From Yuukianura sp. NJ FZ-2021 (lineage: Eukaryota): a stretch of DNA of 64,000 bases. This document shows, one piece after another, positions 1 through 13,800 of this stretch. Each line of letters opens with the position of its first letter. Within the stretch, counting starts at the first letter, position 1. The notes under the pieces were generated by a model, which saw nothing but the letters and a program-made list of their open reading frames with translations, was not told where the DNA came from and ran no database searches. The translations under genes were made by a program, and so were the position numbers. Where the stretch lies: positions 11,284,001 to 11,348,000 of the forward strand of contig CM102290.1 in NCBI GenBank assembly GCA_046563655.1. The letters are read 5' to 3'.

Positions 1-68
1 AACACAAATTAGACAATCAAAAAAAGAAACGAAAGTTGTTTTTTTTTGCCTTTTCTAAAAAACAAAGT

Positions 69-2796
69 TTAATCCTTCTTACTTTCTGACTCAACCCTGA
101 TTTTCGGTATTTGAAAATTGGCTCTTTTTCCGGCAGATGAAGGTTTTTTGGGCAAAGTTCGTCTACGAGAGCCTGCTGTGGATGCTGACTGATGCTCTTG
201 AGGATGATGGTGGTGTCGATGAGGTAATTGGTGTGAATTACTCGTACTAATTACCCCACCCACTGTTAAAACAAAACAAGGGCAGTTCAGAAGAAGAACA
301 AGAAAAAGTCCAGGAAATGGGTGGCAACCAAGCCATAACCACGCCTCCTGCTGAGGAACAACAATTTCGCACTTCCATTGTTGCAAAAAACAGGTTAGGT
401 TTTTTAAAAAACCGAAAATACAGAAATGGAGGGCTAAGGATTGAAAGCAAAATCAGAAAACAAGTTGCTAAAACATTCAAAAGTTATTCTGTAATTGACA
501 AAAAAGATACCAGTTTTCAGTAAGGTTTTCTAAATGTTTGTCTAAAGTTACTAAATTTTCTAAATACTAAGAAAATGTAGGAAAATAATTTCTAAATTTA
601 GCTGCTCACGGTTTGGCTCAATTTTTGAACTTTAAAGAAAGTTCAAATTTGGTTTTCAGAGAAAAAATGGAATTTTCTAAACAGTATTTGAGGAAAACCT
701 AAGAAAGTTATGAAAATGGCGCCTGAAACTCACCTCCCGTCCGCTTCTCCAACTCTGCCAGTATTTTATTATCTTGTTGAATTTTGGCAATGATTCGCTC
801 AATCTCATTTGAAGTGGTTGTTGTGGCTGTGGTGGGGCCGTGGCGGCGATGCTGCCCGGCCCCACCCACCCCTTCTCCTGGCCGTGTCAGGGGAAAGTGA
901 GCCAGGTCGGTGACGGACGTACTGCGTCGAATCCGTTTCCGCGTGCCGGCTCTCGTTGGTGGTGACGACGACGACAGTTTGTGGTGGTGGTGGTGCGTGG
1001 AACTGCTGGTGGCTGGTCGAGGCAGAGAGTGTGAAATCCCAGAGGGCATGAAGGAGTGTGCACGAGAGTAGGCAGAGTCATGCAAAAGCAGTGGGTGCTC
1101 GTGCTTAGAAATGTTCGTGACCTCAGTGGAGCCCCCTTGACCTGTGGGATCCAAGTACAGTAATAAGACGGGTTAGAGCCTTCAGGGGTCATCTACGTCC
1201 TTGGACGACAGGAAGTAGAGGAGGAAGTGACGATGGCTTGTGCCTAGCTTTGTAAAAGTGCAAGAGCTCACCGCGTGATGACGAGAAGAACCTTGCGTAG
1301 AGTCCATCTTGACTCTGGTCGCCAAGGGCAGAACTGAGGCCAGGTACGGGCGTTGGAGTTGAAATGCATTCGGTTCTACTCATAGCAGAATCTGGAACAA
1401 ACCGAATCAGCCAAGGTTAGTTTCCAAAAACACAGTTTTTTTTTAAAGTTTGTTTTAAAAATGTAATTTAAAAACGTTTTAATATTTCCGAAAAGCAGAA
1501 CTGAACAAATACTGAATTGGGCAGAAAAACTAAATCATATTATGAAAACTGATTTTAGATTAGGTTGTTAGGTTAACATTTACCTGGACTTGAGCAGAGC
1601 GGTGAGTCTGGAAGAGACTCGTTTTGTCCGAGAGAGGAATGACGAGAGTGAGAGGATGAGGCACGTTGAGCTCCAGGCCCCACCGTTCCCGCCGTCGAGG
1701 TGGTGGGGCCCTGCTGAGCCCTCTTTAGAGCTGCCATCTCCAGCATCAACTCCTCGTGCCGAACGTTCTGGAGTTCCGTCTTCTTGTCCAACTCACGGAT
1801 TTTGGACTAGAACAGCAGAAAGAATTTGTCAAGTTATTCAAGTTTTAGGCAAAAGTTTCATTTTTGTAAAATTTAGACCGTACAACAATTTTTTTAGTCT
1901 TCCAAATGTCTAAAGTTCTAAATCTAGCAAATCTATTCAAAAATTCAATCTCGCGTGGTCAAGATTTTTTATGGCGCCAAATTTCAAATCCGTACGTTCA
2001 CACTACTCCACGTACAGAAAAGTCAACGCTGTTTTTGAACGTGTCCTTTCGAAATTTTTGTTGATTGTTCAGTTTAGATTTTACTTTTAGATTTTAGGTT
2101 AGTAAGGCTAGTAAAATGTTAGGTTATATACCAAGCCTAGTTGAAATCTAGCAAAAACGAACCTGAAGAGCCTCGATCGTCTCCGTTCGCTTCCTCTGGG
2201 GGTCAGCTTTGCTTCTAAACGAAAAGGAAATGCTTAGTTTACTAGAAATACTAAAAGTACTAAATGTTGTTGTGTGCCACGAGGTCATTGACCTCTGGGT
2301 GACTTACTCTGCTGCTCCTGTGACACTGGTGGTGCCTTTCCTTTTGTCACTTTGGCTACTGGGGCGTGTGAGGCGAGAGAGGTCCTCCTTCTGGTCACGC
2401 AGGGCAGCCAAGGCTTCTCCATGTTGTCGCTCGAGTTCTTTCCGCTGTTCAGTCGCTTCACGGAGCTGCTGCTGTTGGACAAAAACAAGGTCAACTTTTG
2501 TTTAGAACTGGGAAACAACACAATGTAACTTCTACAGTTCAAATGAGTCCAAATTCTGCCAAATGAGACCCTTCAAGGGTACGGGTCAAGTGGAGCTGTG
2601 TTAAGCAGTGCTCCAGCTCCTTGGAAGTTCAAGTCCCCTCAAGAGTGGCCTTAACAAAGTTATGTTAGGAGATTGGATCTAAGTTACCTTGAGAAGAGAC
2701 TCCAGGGTGAAGGGCACTGGAAGTGAGGCTAGTGACGAGACTGGAGGGGTCCTTCGGTGGAGCTCATGGGTTGGTGGCTCGTGGTGGCACGTCTGC
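69..2796 (-). CDS. Unidentified multi-exon coiled-coil / low-complexity protein (5' end unresolved)
   Basis: GT-AG-bounded exons join in frame at about 2164-2214, 1583-1808, 1272-1392, 733-1142 and 69-262. They encode helical segments (SKIRELDKKTELQNVRHEELMLEMAALKR; EIERIIAKIQQDNKILAELEK) and His/Ser-rich tracts. Further probable exons lie at about 2295-2502 and 2688-2796. Confidence 0.6.
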
Positions 2797-4910
2797 AGGG
2801 TCTCTGGTCCTCTGTCCTATCTTCCATTTGAAGGAGGGTCCTCCCCAAACAGACCACTCCACTACTCGGATCCACACACAAACCAGATCTGGGGAATCGA
2901 TCCACCAAAGTTTGTCCGGAGACCCCGCCAGGGCATGCTCCATCCACCCGACACCACCCGAGTCACTTCCCATTACTCACTGGCACAACTACGCACCATG
3001 GATGCCCATCCACCTAATTCTGATTTTAATCACTCCTTAAACCAAACATATTCAAGTCTTAAGTGTAACGGCATGTTTGGAAAATATTTGCCTAACCTGA
3101 GAATTGGAGACTTTTCAAATTCGCTATCAAATGATTTCACAAAAATTTAGGTTCACAAAAAATTCTTAACACCGAAATTCTTTTTGCAACCAACCCACAA
3201 CTGGAAAATGCTTGAATTCAGAACGGAAAAATTCTCATAATTCAATAACTCTATTTGGAAACTGGAAAACTGAAACATTGAAGAACTAACTATAAAATTA
3301 GAAATACGCGAATGAAAACATTCAAAACTCGGAATTCTGAAAATTTCAAAATTCAAGAAATCTGGAACTGAAATAAAAATTCAAAAACGAAAAAAAAAAT
3401 TAATCCAGAACTGAAAACCTACTATACACTCAGAGCTCAAACAGTCTAGGTATAGCACATGATAAAATTGTTTACTTTAGACCGCCTTTAGCATGTTTAA
3501 TACTTAAAAATGATATTAATCGATAAAAAAAGAAAGTAAAGTGAGTGAAAGCGGTGCACTCCCTTATGAGAATCTCTGTTTGTGCTGGATTGCACTTACT
3601 TTCACTTTCACTTTACTACGGAAGCTTCTCAATTGAGGCCATATGGGATGGGACTTTCACGTGTCGCAACTCGCATACAAAACAAGCCAGTAGTTACTTG
3701 TTCCAGTGGCTAGTAGCTTTAGAGCTGGAGCAGCCCCAGACACCAAATCATCAGTTTATACAAGTACACAAACCCTAAAAAATGCATACCAATGCTAATT
3801 GAACACTCCATACAAAACACTACATGCAACATACTACAACATACAACATAGTTACAACATTCTAGAGGGCGCTAACTGTTATAAGAAGTTCTTACTAAAG
3901 AACTCGCACGAAAGCAGCCCGCCATCATTTGACCTTCCCTCTGCACAAAATGCAGCGATGCTGATAAAGAAGGCTACGCATTCACCGGATCTTGAATTCT
4001 CAATCGTCATTTCATATTGGACTGCTAAATTATTAGTTTTTCAGTAACATTTTAGCTGATTCTGGTTCATGTTGATACTGTCAATGCCTTGTTCTGCCTA
4101 CTAGTAATTAAATTGAAATTTAGGAATCAACTTCTGGTGAAAGCGCTGCCTATTTTCTCAGCATCGCTGTACCCCGCCTAAAAGCACGAACGAAAAAAAA
4201 ACCTATGAGACATCATGTTCATGACAAAGTAAGAAACCCACTTTCTCCACTTCACTTTCACTTCAGAAATGTTTGGCCTCCTCACACACTTCAATTAAAA
4301 ACCAATTTCCGAATTTTTACCCAGAAAAGCCGAAATCTCATCGGAAACTTTTAAAATCCAGCAAAGGAAATCGAAAATACCACTTTTTTTAATCAGAACA
4401 TTTTTAGTTGAAAATGTTTTGTTTTCACTACACAATCAGTTTACGAAGAACAGTTTTTAAAAAAATCTGTTTTTCTAATTTCTTAACATTGCTAATTAAC
4501 TTCGAATCAGAAATAATGTTGCAAAATTGTTAAATTAAAACTTGAAGAACTGAAGATTAGCTTTTGGTTTCATCGATTTTTTCTTGTCCAGAAATTGGCG
4601 TTTTCGAACTTTTTTTTTCGTAATAAACCACAAACTTTTTCTTTTGGGAAAGATTTGGTTGTGTTCCAAGAAAAATTTGAACATTTACCAAAAGAAAATG
4701 ATTAACCCGTTGTGCTTTTGAGCACAAAGAATGTCAAGCTTTGCCAATAATAACTTCGTACTTCCAGGACTAATTGGACTCACATCGGGAACCAGCGTAT
4801 GCGCACGAACTGTTGCCTGTGCATTAATAGCTAACGTGACGGTTGCGTTAGGTTAACATAAACCTAACTATTAATTAACTAACAACTACATTAAAAAATC
4901 CGGAGTTATT

Positions 4911-7900
4911 CTAGTCACGCCCACCGCGTCCTCGACCTCTGCCCCGCCTTCTCCCACGTCCTCGGCCTCTTCCGCGACCTCCACGCCCCCTTCCCCCACC
5001 ACGAGAATTGACCACTAAACGCTTTTCAACAAACGGCGAAAATTCTGTGGAACAGTAAATACAACCCCGTTTCTGTCCTTCTTCTGGCTTCTTCGGTAAA
5101 TCTGCCTTTACCAACTGAGCTCCACATGTCTCACATTCTTCTTCAGACAAGACAGTGACATGTCGAGAACCCTCAAACACCGAGAAGAAAACGTTGCACC
5201 TACGAAATAAACAAAAACGTTCAGAAAATTTACCCAAATCGTTCAACTTTCACGTCAGCAGCAAAGTGATGAAATGTGTTGTTGTACTTGGGATTGTTGC
5301 AGGAAATTTTCCACTTTGGGCCTGAAGCAACATCCAATACCAACAGTCCATCATCGCATTCTCCACCTATCATATAAAAATTCAAAGATTTAGATTTTTC
5401 AAAAAAATTTCAAATTCTCCAAAAAAGTTAAATAATCACTGCTAAGCACACTTACAAAAAGAAATTCCATTTCGATTGAATCCATATCGGCAGGCAGGGT
5501 GAGAACATTTGCTGCAACTGCTTCCTTTCTTCATGTCCCTGCAAAAAATATGTAGGAAATTACTTTGACGGAAATTGAAAAGGAAAAATCTGTTCAAATT
5601 AAATTTTTTTAAAATTGGAAAACCGTACTCAAACGGTGGATTATTGATGCAGTAGGGACAGAACACGTAGCTCTTGGCTTTTGCTCCGCCATTCCATTCA
5701 ATTAGCTCAAAATCGTCTAGAGGACATCGACTATCATTGAAGGCACGCAGAGCTCCATTTTGTGGAACATTGTATGTTTCGTTGCAAATAGGACAGTGAA
5801 GTCGGCTTGTATTAAAAGAAACGAGTTTCATGTATCGTTTGCATTTTCCACATCTAAAAAACAATACAAAATATGAAAAATTTAAATAAACTTCAAAACT
5901 TAGAAAATCTCTGTTGTACCTCGAAAAAGGCTTTCCACCACCAGCAGACTTTGAAAAAGATGCCTCGAATAACTCATCCATTCCAGAAATGTTTTGTACA
6001 AAGTATAAAAACTTGGCTTTGAATATGGCTTTGGTATGGGCTACTACGGTTTCCTTTTCTTGCTCCCCTAAATAAAAGTATTTTCAGGTTACATATTCAA
6101 AATTTTGAAACTCAACCTGTGATTTCAAAATCAATTTAAGTTACGAGCATGACCATGAACAAATCGTTCTGTTTCTAAATTACCTTTGGCAATTAAATCC
6201 AACTGCTTTTCAATAGCGGATCTCATAGTTGGAAGAACGAGTTCTGGATCTATCTGTATCAGAAAACATGATTAAAAAAAATCCGAAACTCACTGATTTA
6301 GCGGAATTGGATGAACTTACCTTAAGATAACCATGGACAAGAATAATACCAAGTTCAGTCGGAGCCAACTTCCGGCCAGGAAGCAGTGTGACATAATTTC
6401 TAAGGCAGATGTTGTTGATATGGACAGGAATTGAAGCATCAGTTCCAATTCCGTGCTTTTCCATCAAAGATATCAGTTCGGATTCAGTCAAGTAGTCTGG
6501 CGGTTTTGTTTCTGACTCGTGTAACTTTTTCTATACATAGAGTTGAAAAACGTTACACAATGACATCATATTTGGCATGCTCAGGAAGTAATCTTACTTC
6601 TGAAATTGGATAGCTCCGATTAACAACAACTTGTGGAATTAGCTCTGAGTTGGAGATGACGCTGAAGGGATAAACACGAGTGAACCCTGGCTTCAGAATT
6701 TCTTTGCCCTGGAACGTAAACACTTCCTCCCTTATTCGGAACTCAATCGTTGTTTCCAAATAGACGCAGTCAGCTGATACCTAAAAACTAAAGACATTGC
6801 AACAAAACATTGCTCACTAGACTGCAGCGCAGTGCTGCACACTGCTTACGGTTGAAATAAAATATTGAACGATGAAGCTGTATAGCCGACTTGAGTCGGA
6901 GTCATGAAATGTACTGGAATTGGTGGCGACAAGCGGAGTAATTGGAGAGTGGTCACCAGCATCATGGCCCTTGAGTGGAGATACAACTTCGTCCCATTTG
7001 ACATAGTGTCCCCATTCCGAGTGTTTGTCAAACTGTGCCACAAGGCCCCTGTGAATAGCAGAATAGCTTTATTAAGTCAGGTTAGGATTTTGACACGCGC
7101 TTTTTCTTCGCATTTTGAAGGAAGTCAAGTAGATCTTAAGTTTTGTTCAAACATACCTGTAATCAAACGCGGCTGGATATTGCGTTGTCTCCGTCCTTGG
7201 GTAGCTGATGTATCCTTGAGTGTACAGTCGCTCAGCAATGATCATGGTATGCGACGGAGAGAATCCCAGACGAGATGAAGCTAGTCGAAGCATTTCTACG
7301 GTGTTTAATCCCAAAGGTCTTTTCTTGGTACATTCCTTCTTTTTACATTCAGAGACACTGTAGAAAACGATAAAAATCAACGTGTTTACCAACAGGACTT
7401 TACAAAGACAGATAAACTAGATTTTAAGGCTCTGCTGGATTTTATATAAATAGATTTATAGCTCCTTACGTTGCCGTCTTTGTATCTTTGAGAGATTGAA
7501 GAAAAAACTCTGCAATCTGCTTGTCAAAAACTCTGTGTCGTCCCCAGTCCAGATCGATGTCCTTGTCGTCGTCTAGCTTGACACTCATCTACTTGAAAAA
7601 AATTAATCAACTTGGAGTTTGCAATACAGAAAGTGATTGAAAAATGTTACCCTTATGGTCCAAAACTTTTCCGGCACAAATTGCTGGATGATGTCATGCC
7701 TTTTTACACAGAAGCCAAGAGTTGGAGTTTGGCAAGGACCGTAAGACACTAGGGATGAATCAAAACTGCCATATTTACCCTAAACATCAACAAAATGTAA
7801 CGAGATTGGTTCATGGTATTGTTAATTTCAATTCGGTTTTGTTTGTTTTCAATACTGACGTGAAAGACTTTGGTTTGGAACCTGGTAAAGCAGCATCCGA

Positions 7901-8610
7901 TCCTCAAGTCAAGTTCTTGACGAGCATCAACGCTCAGGGATTCGTTTTCATTTGGAACAGTAAGGTTATCGATTGCTTTCTTTAAATCTGGACTTGTAAG
8001 GGCTGAGAATCTGGCTCGGAATAGCGTCCTGCCTGGAGCCAGGCGCATAGTTTCTTCCAGTATGCCGGTGATTTCAAAACAAATATTTTCTCCTTCCTTG
8101 TCACAATCCAACCACAGAATGAGGTACTGCGCATTCCTGGCTTCCGCTTTCAGCATTAAAGGCACCCTTTGCTTGTCGTTGCATTCATTCTTGACAGTAT
8201 CACACTCAAATAGGTCAGCCTATATCGAAAAAATACAGGACATCGGCAATGTTTCACCATCCAATTCATCACGGATTATGAGAACTTACTGGATCGACCT
8301 TATCCCACGAGTTGAATTTTGCTGGAAAGTCCATTCCGTAAACATGTCCAGTAACTGCAGTCATTCTAAATAAGACACTTTGGCCATCGAAATACCCATC
8401 CCATTCGTGGACTGGTATACCATTCATGGCTGAAAAAAAATTAACGTGAATCGACAGCTTAGCTCAACATTTCACAAAATATATTAAACTTAACAGCTTC
8501 GTGCTTCCAGTACCTTTCCTAGATTTAAATCCACGAGAATTTAGTTTCTGAGCAATTGTTTCCGCCACTGATGGTTTTTCAGCCACCATAAGAACTACGG
8601 GAGGCCCCAT
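4911..8610 (-). CDS. TOP3B: DNA topoisomerase III beta
   Basis: Toprim start [42 protein letters not shown]; catalytic [21 protein letters not shown]-terminal Cys-rich zinc ribbons and an RGG tail. Many short introns. Confidence 0.96.
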
Positions 8611-10876
8611 TGTCTGAAATATTGGTCCTAAGAATAAGCAAGAAAAATTTGCCCTTAACAATCGTGTTAAATATCACCTAACACTATTTAAAGATGGATG
8701 CGATGATGCGAGGCGTATACATTATCCATTCTCAATCTCAACGCATTAACGCATATGTATTTTAAATTCAAATTAAGCTTAAGTCAAGTACAACGATGCG
8801 TACAATTACCGTCTTTCAATTAATATAGATTAACTAGATGCCGCAAATCCTTCGAATCAGATTATGTAATGGCAGTAATTGTTATCTTCTGTGAAAGTTA
8901 ATCAAAAGTTTTACAAATTGTTTTACTTATTTTCAATTCCAAAAGGTTGTTTAGTTTACTAAACAAATTTGAACTAGCAGAAGTCGGCAGGAAATACCGG
9001 TGTAAGGAAACCATTTAACACAAACCAGACTGCCTCGCATTCTTGCTGGGACGAAGCCGCAGATGCGTTCAACCATCTTAATCAAATTTAGACCTTTCGT
9101 CCGACTACTTGTTAAGATCAAAGCACCAGAAAACCTTTGACCTCAACCTATTCAACGCATGACTGTTCCCCTTCTGTTCGCTTTCGGAAAGCCCAAAAAG
9201 TCAAAGTCCAAAAACCTACAAAGTGGACCCTTCACCCAAAGCAAAATTTTTGCGGAAAACGATTGGAAGTTGCCTGTAACAACTTAAGTGTTTGGGCAGC
9301 TCATTAGTATAGTAAGATCTCTTCTCATGGAAGGAATTTGTGAAAAAATTGAACACTTTTTTGACTTGCCGACATCTGCACCATCACCAAACGAAATTTT
9401 TAAAAAATGTTTTATATTGAAATTGCGGGAAAATCGGGTACGTGAAATAGGCACCACACAACATTCCACTGTTTATAAATCAGCGTTGCTGAATGTATCC
9501 ACTTCTTTGACTTCTCATCTAGTGGATATCCAGTTTGATAACGCATTTGATCCGCTTTTATCCGGAAGAAATGGCTGGATAAAGTGAATATAAATAGTAG
9601 AGACTTCCTGATGCTTCCACCGTTTTGATGTAGGTGGACGTGGAAGGACTGTGTTATTTATTTGACAACACTGTTGATATTGAATGGATGTGCAATCAAT
9701 TAAACTACTCTGTAACTAATTAGTTCTGAGATATTTAATGTTACAAATTTGTGTACTATGTTAATTGGTAGTGTAAAATAATTTAATTGTATTTTTTGTA
9801 CTGACAAAACATTGGACAACATTGGACTTTGGACCAGCAGTGGTGATTGAGGTTATAAAGCAACGAACCCACTAAAAACCTACCCTGAACACGTCTATCA
9901 ATTGAACCTCGCTGTACTCTTTTGTTTTTTTGGACAAGAATGAATCAATGAAGGAGGGAAGAAGATCCACTTTGCAAATTACCAGTTCAATTTAAATCGA
10001 ATTTTCCGATTAATTAGTGAGGCTTGCATTGCTTGGCTCGTTGTACTTCGAACTTAATGATTCAACGTTGACATATTCAGAGTCGATATATGAATTAACA
10101 ACTTCGCTTCCAAAACGCAAGAAAGGGAATTGACTGACTTTCGGTGGATTACCGAACATAGGAAAGGAAAAGCATCGACCGGGAAGCTGTACGGAATCTT
10201 ACTGCAGAAACAAGAGAATAGTACACGGGTCACGTGTATTGGATTTGGTATATCTTTGGACTTACTAAGGACGGTCGAGTTCAAGAAAACAACATAGCGT
10301 TTCGGTGCCTGGTTCCGGTAAGGTTTTACTACTCTCTAATAACTTAGAATTACTGGAAACTTGTTGACACTACGATGAAAATGATCAGTTCGCCTTAAGA
10401 ACTTTAGAAAATGCTACTGGAGTTACTAATACTAGAAGATACAAGTTTCATTTGTTATTAACAATACAACTCATTTTCGTAGAAACAACTCCGGCGTTTG
10501 GATATCGAACAAACTGATCCAGCGTTAGACATCAGCAGCAGGCGACATCAGTAACGTAAGTGACTAAGCAACCATTATATGATTAATTGATCAATCACAA
10601 CTTCGTTGGGTATTGTACTGTCTTTCCTCCGATAAATGGAGCGGTTAATATCTGATTCACTACTAATTGGTTTGGAGGTGTTATCTGGGTGCTTAGTTAT
10701 AAGAAATTGTTTAATTCTGCCGGTAAATCGATGACCTTAAAAGGGTCACGGTCTTTAAAAGTTGTAGGAAGTGTACTTACGGTGTTACAATCGTACACGT
10801 TTAACGTTCAAGTTCCACAGAAATGTACTTTTTACAATTTGGAATGATTAATTTGGTTATTTGTTTTTTTAGTGAA

Positions 10877-13800
10877 ATGCGAGGTAATCGGGGTGGAATG
10901 GGTGGTCCCCCACGTTTCCGCGGAGGAGGACGCGGGTTTATGCCACCTCCAATGGGTGGGCATGGGCCATCCGGTGGTGGTCAAGGTCACCGAAATCAAT
11001 CTTCAGACAACAGGCCTCGAGGTGGAGGACCCTCTCGATTTAGGAATTGGCAAGACGGCTATGTGAGTTACCAGAAACTTTGTTCCAAGTTCCAGCGCTG
11101 TATTGTTGTATTGTGAAATTGTTATTCTAAATATTTTTGTTAAATTTTAGCAAGGGATTAACGAACCGGAAATTTTTGCTGAGACGCCACTTCCAGATGG
11201 TCGTGTTTATTACTACAATACGAGAACCAGAGAAACCATGTGGGAAAGACCACAAGGCCCTGGAGTGCGTATTATCCGTCACGATGAGGTACGTCGTTGC
11301 TTGTTAATTGCAACGATTCTTACATTTTCTGTCTTGCTTAGTAGTAATAAGTTATAAGCGACGTACTTTACAGCTAATGTGATTGAATCATTTTCAAGGT
11401 GAACTGGCCAAAAGGCGCTGGACCTGGACAGGGCCAAGGACCCCAAGAACAATTTGAACACGGCGGGCCTCCTCATGGACCTGGATCCAACGGACAGGCG
11501 TATGGCGGACCACCGTATGGACATGATGACCAAGGTGGACGGGACCATTTAGGGCTACGCAATGACTCAGCTCCGAAGGCTCCTGGAATGTTGCCTCCTA
11601 ATATGAGAGGAAATTCCGGACCAGGACAGGATACTCCACAACGACCGATGATGTATCCTCCACCAGGGACTCAACATCCTCCTAATATGCACCGATTCCC
11701 GCCTCCTGGCGGTAAGATTTTACCGTATTTGCTCCAAAGTATGTTTAGTGCCAAACTGCCAAGATGTAATTGAATTTGTTTTATTTACTTAACTCAGGCT
11801 CTCACAATCCTCAAATGATGGGACCACCCGGTGGTAAATCTTTGTCCTGTGTATCTCCATTGTGGAGAAACTTATTCATTTCAAACATTATGCTTGTACT
11901 TTAGGTCACAATCCTCAAATGATGGCACCTCCAGGCACTGGAGGTCACAGTGGTGCTCCCAGAATGGATGGATTCCACCCCCACTCTCAGCCCAATACAA
12001 TGGCACCACCAATGGCCGTTGGAACAGGAATTCCGCCCCCGGGTTTTCTGCAGCATCCTCCCACTGGACCTCCTCCAACTGGCAACCCACCGTTTGGACT
12101 TCCACCTCCAGGAAGCGGACAGTTTCCACCAGCCAACTACGGTGTGCTACAACCACCGTGGGGATTTCCACCAATGGTGCCGCCTGCTGGAGTTCCACCT
12201 CCGGTACCAAATCCAGCTTTGCCTCAAGTGGATCCTGCATTGGTGGCACTCGCTGCTGAATGGACCGAACATGTTTCTCCGGAAGGGACGCCATACTACT
12301 TCAGTTCAAAAACACAGTCTTCCGTTTGGGAGAAACCCAAAGTACTTATTGATCTAGAAGGTAAGCTTATTTTTACATGGAAATCAATTTCAGTTTCAAT
12401 GACGCAGTAACCAGTTACCGTATTTGTTTTTTTTAGCTGCTAAGATGCAAATACAGCAACGTACTAATCTTCTTGCCGCTCAGGCTCAGGCCCAACAAGC
12501 CCAGCATAACCCTGCTGCAAACGTGGCTACTAATGCTGCGAACAATTCTCAACCCGAACAAGAAAGTGCAGAGAAGAATAAATCGCCGAAAAAGGTAAGA
12601 AAAAGATTAACACTGTTTATGTAGTGTTTTCAAAATTTGTTGTTGATTTTGATAACTGATTTCCGGTTATATGCTTTTAGGCTGAGAAAAAAGTTGAAAA
12701 GTGTCGTCCGATATCTTCTACACCGGTGCCTGGAACAGGTGAAATTTAATATTTGTTAATTTATTTTACATGTAATTCGATTCTACATCTTTTTAAATGT
12801 ACAGGATGGTGTGTCGTATGGACTGGAGATCGGCGCGTTTTCTTCTACAATCCTGCTAATAAAACTTCTGTTTGGGAGCGACCTCCTGAACTGACTGGAC
12901 GCGTTGATGTGGACGAAATGGTCCGAGTGTGTCCACCAGCAAAGATTAAAAGAGCTGAGGCCACGAGCACTACGAGTCCTTCACTTGATACAGGAGACAG
13001 GAAAGTAAAGACAGAGGGTGTACCAGTCACTACAGCTTCAGTTCTAACTTCTTCGATTAGTTTCAACATCAGCGCTTCTGCTTCATCGCGTGGGGATGGA
13101 ACTCAGCCTCCTGGTGAGGAAAGAGAACCATTGACAGAGCCACCATCCAAGAGACCTCGAACTTCATCAGAAGGAAGCGGTAATGAATCTTACATGTCAA
13201 TCTATTCTATTCTTTTTGAAATACTTATTACTTAACTTATCTAATTATCGTTTAGTGGATGGACTGGCGCTGAGAACTGCAGAAGCAAAAGCTGACGCTG
13301 AAATGGATGAGCCCGGAAAATCTGAGTCAGATGCTGCCCTCCAGGAACAAATTGAGAATAAAGATAATCTGCGAGAAATGACAGCAATTGAAGCAGAGGC
13401 CAAAGCATCTCGTGACCGTGCGACGATCCCGATGGACGTGCGTCTCAAACAATTCCGTGAAATGCTAATCGAATCAAACGTTTCTGCCTTCTCCACATGG
13501 GAAAAAGAGCTTCATAAAATCGTGTTCGATCAACGCTACCTACTGCTTACGTCCAACGAACGAAAGAAGGCGTTTGATCGCTACGTTGAAGAAATTGTAG
13601 AAGAAGAAAGGAAGGAGAAACAAAACCGACTCAAAGAAACGAAGGACAAGTTCTTCCAATTTCTCTCAGAAATTAAAATTTCTACAAAGTAAGGGAACAA
13701 TCTTTTGTTTTGCTTAATTTACTTAGTGACTGGGATTTTATTAATTTTCTGCCGTCTCCATTTTTTTCCCGCGCAGGATGAACTACAACGATTTCAGTCA

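Noticed and set aside
2689..3150. 153-aa plus-strand ORF
   Set aside because: It has a non-ATG start, lies antisense to exon-like sequence of the minus-strand gene, and shows no recognisable motif.
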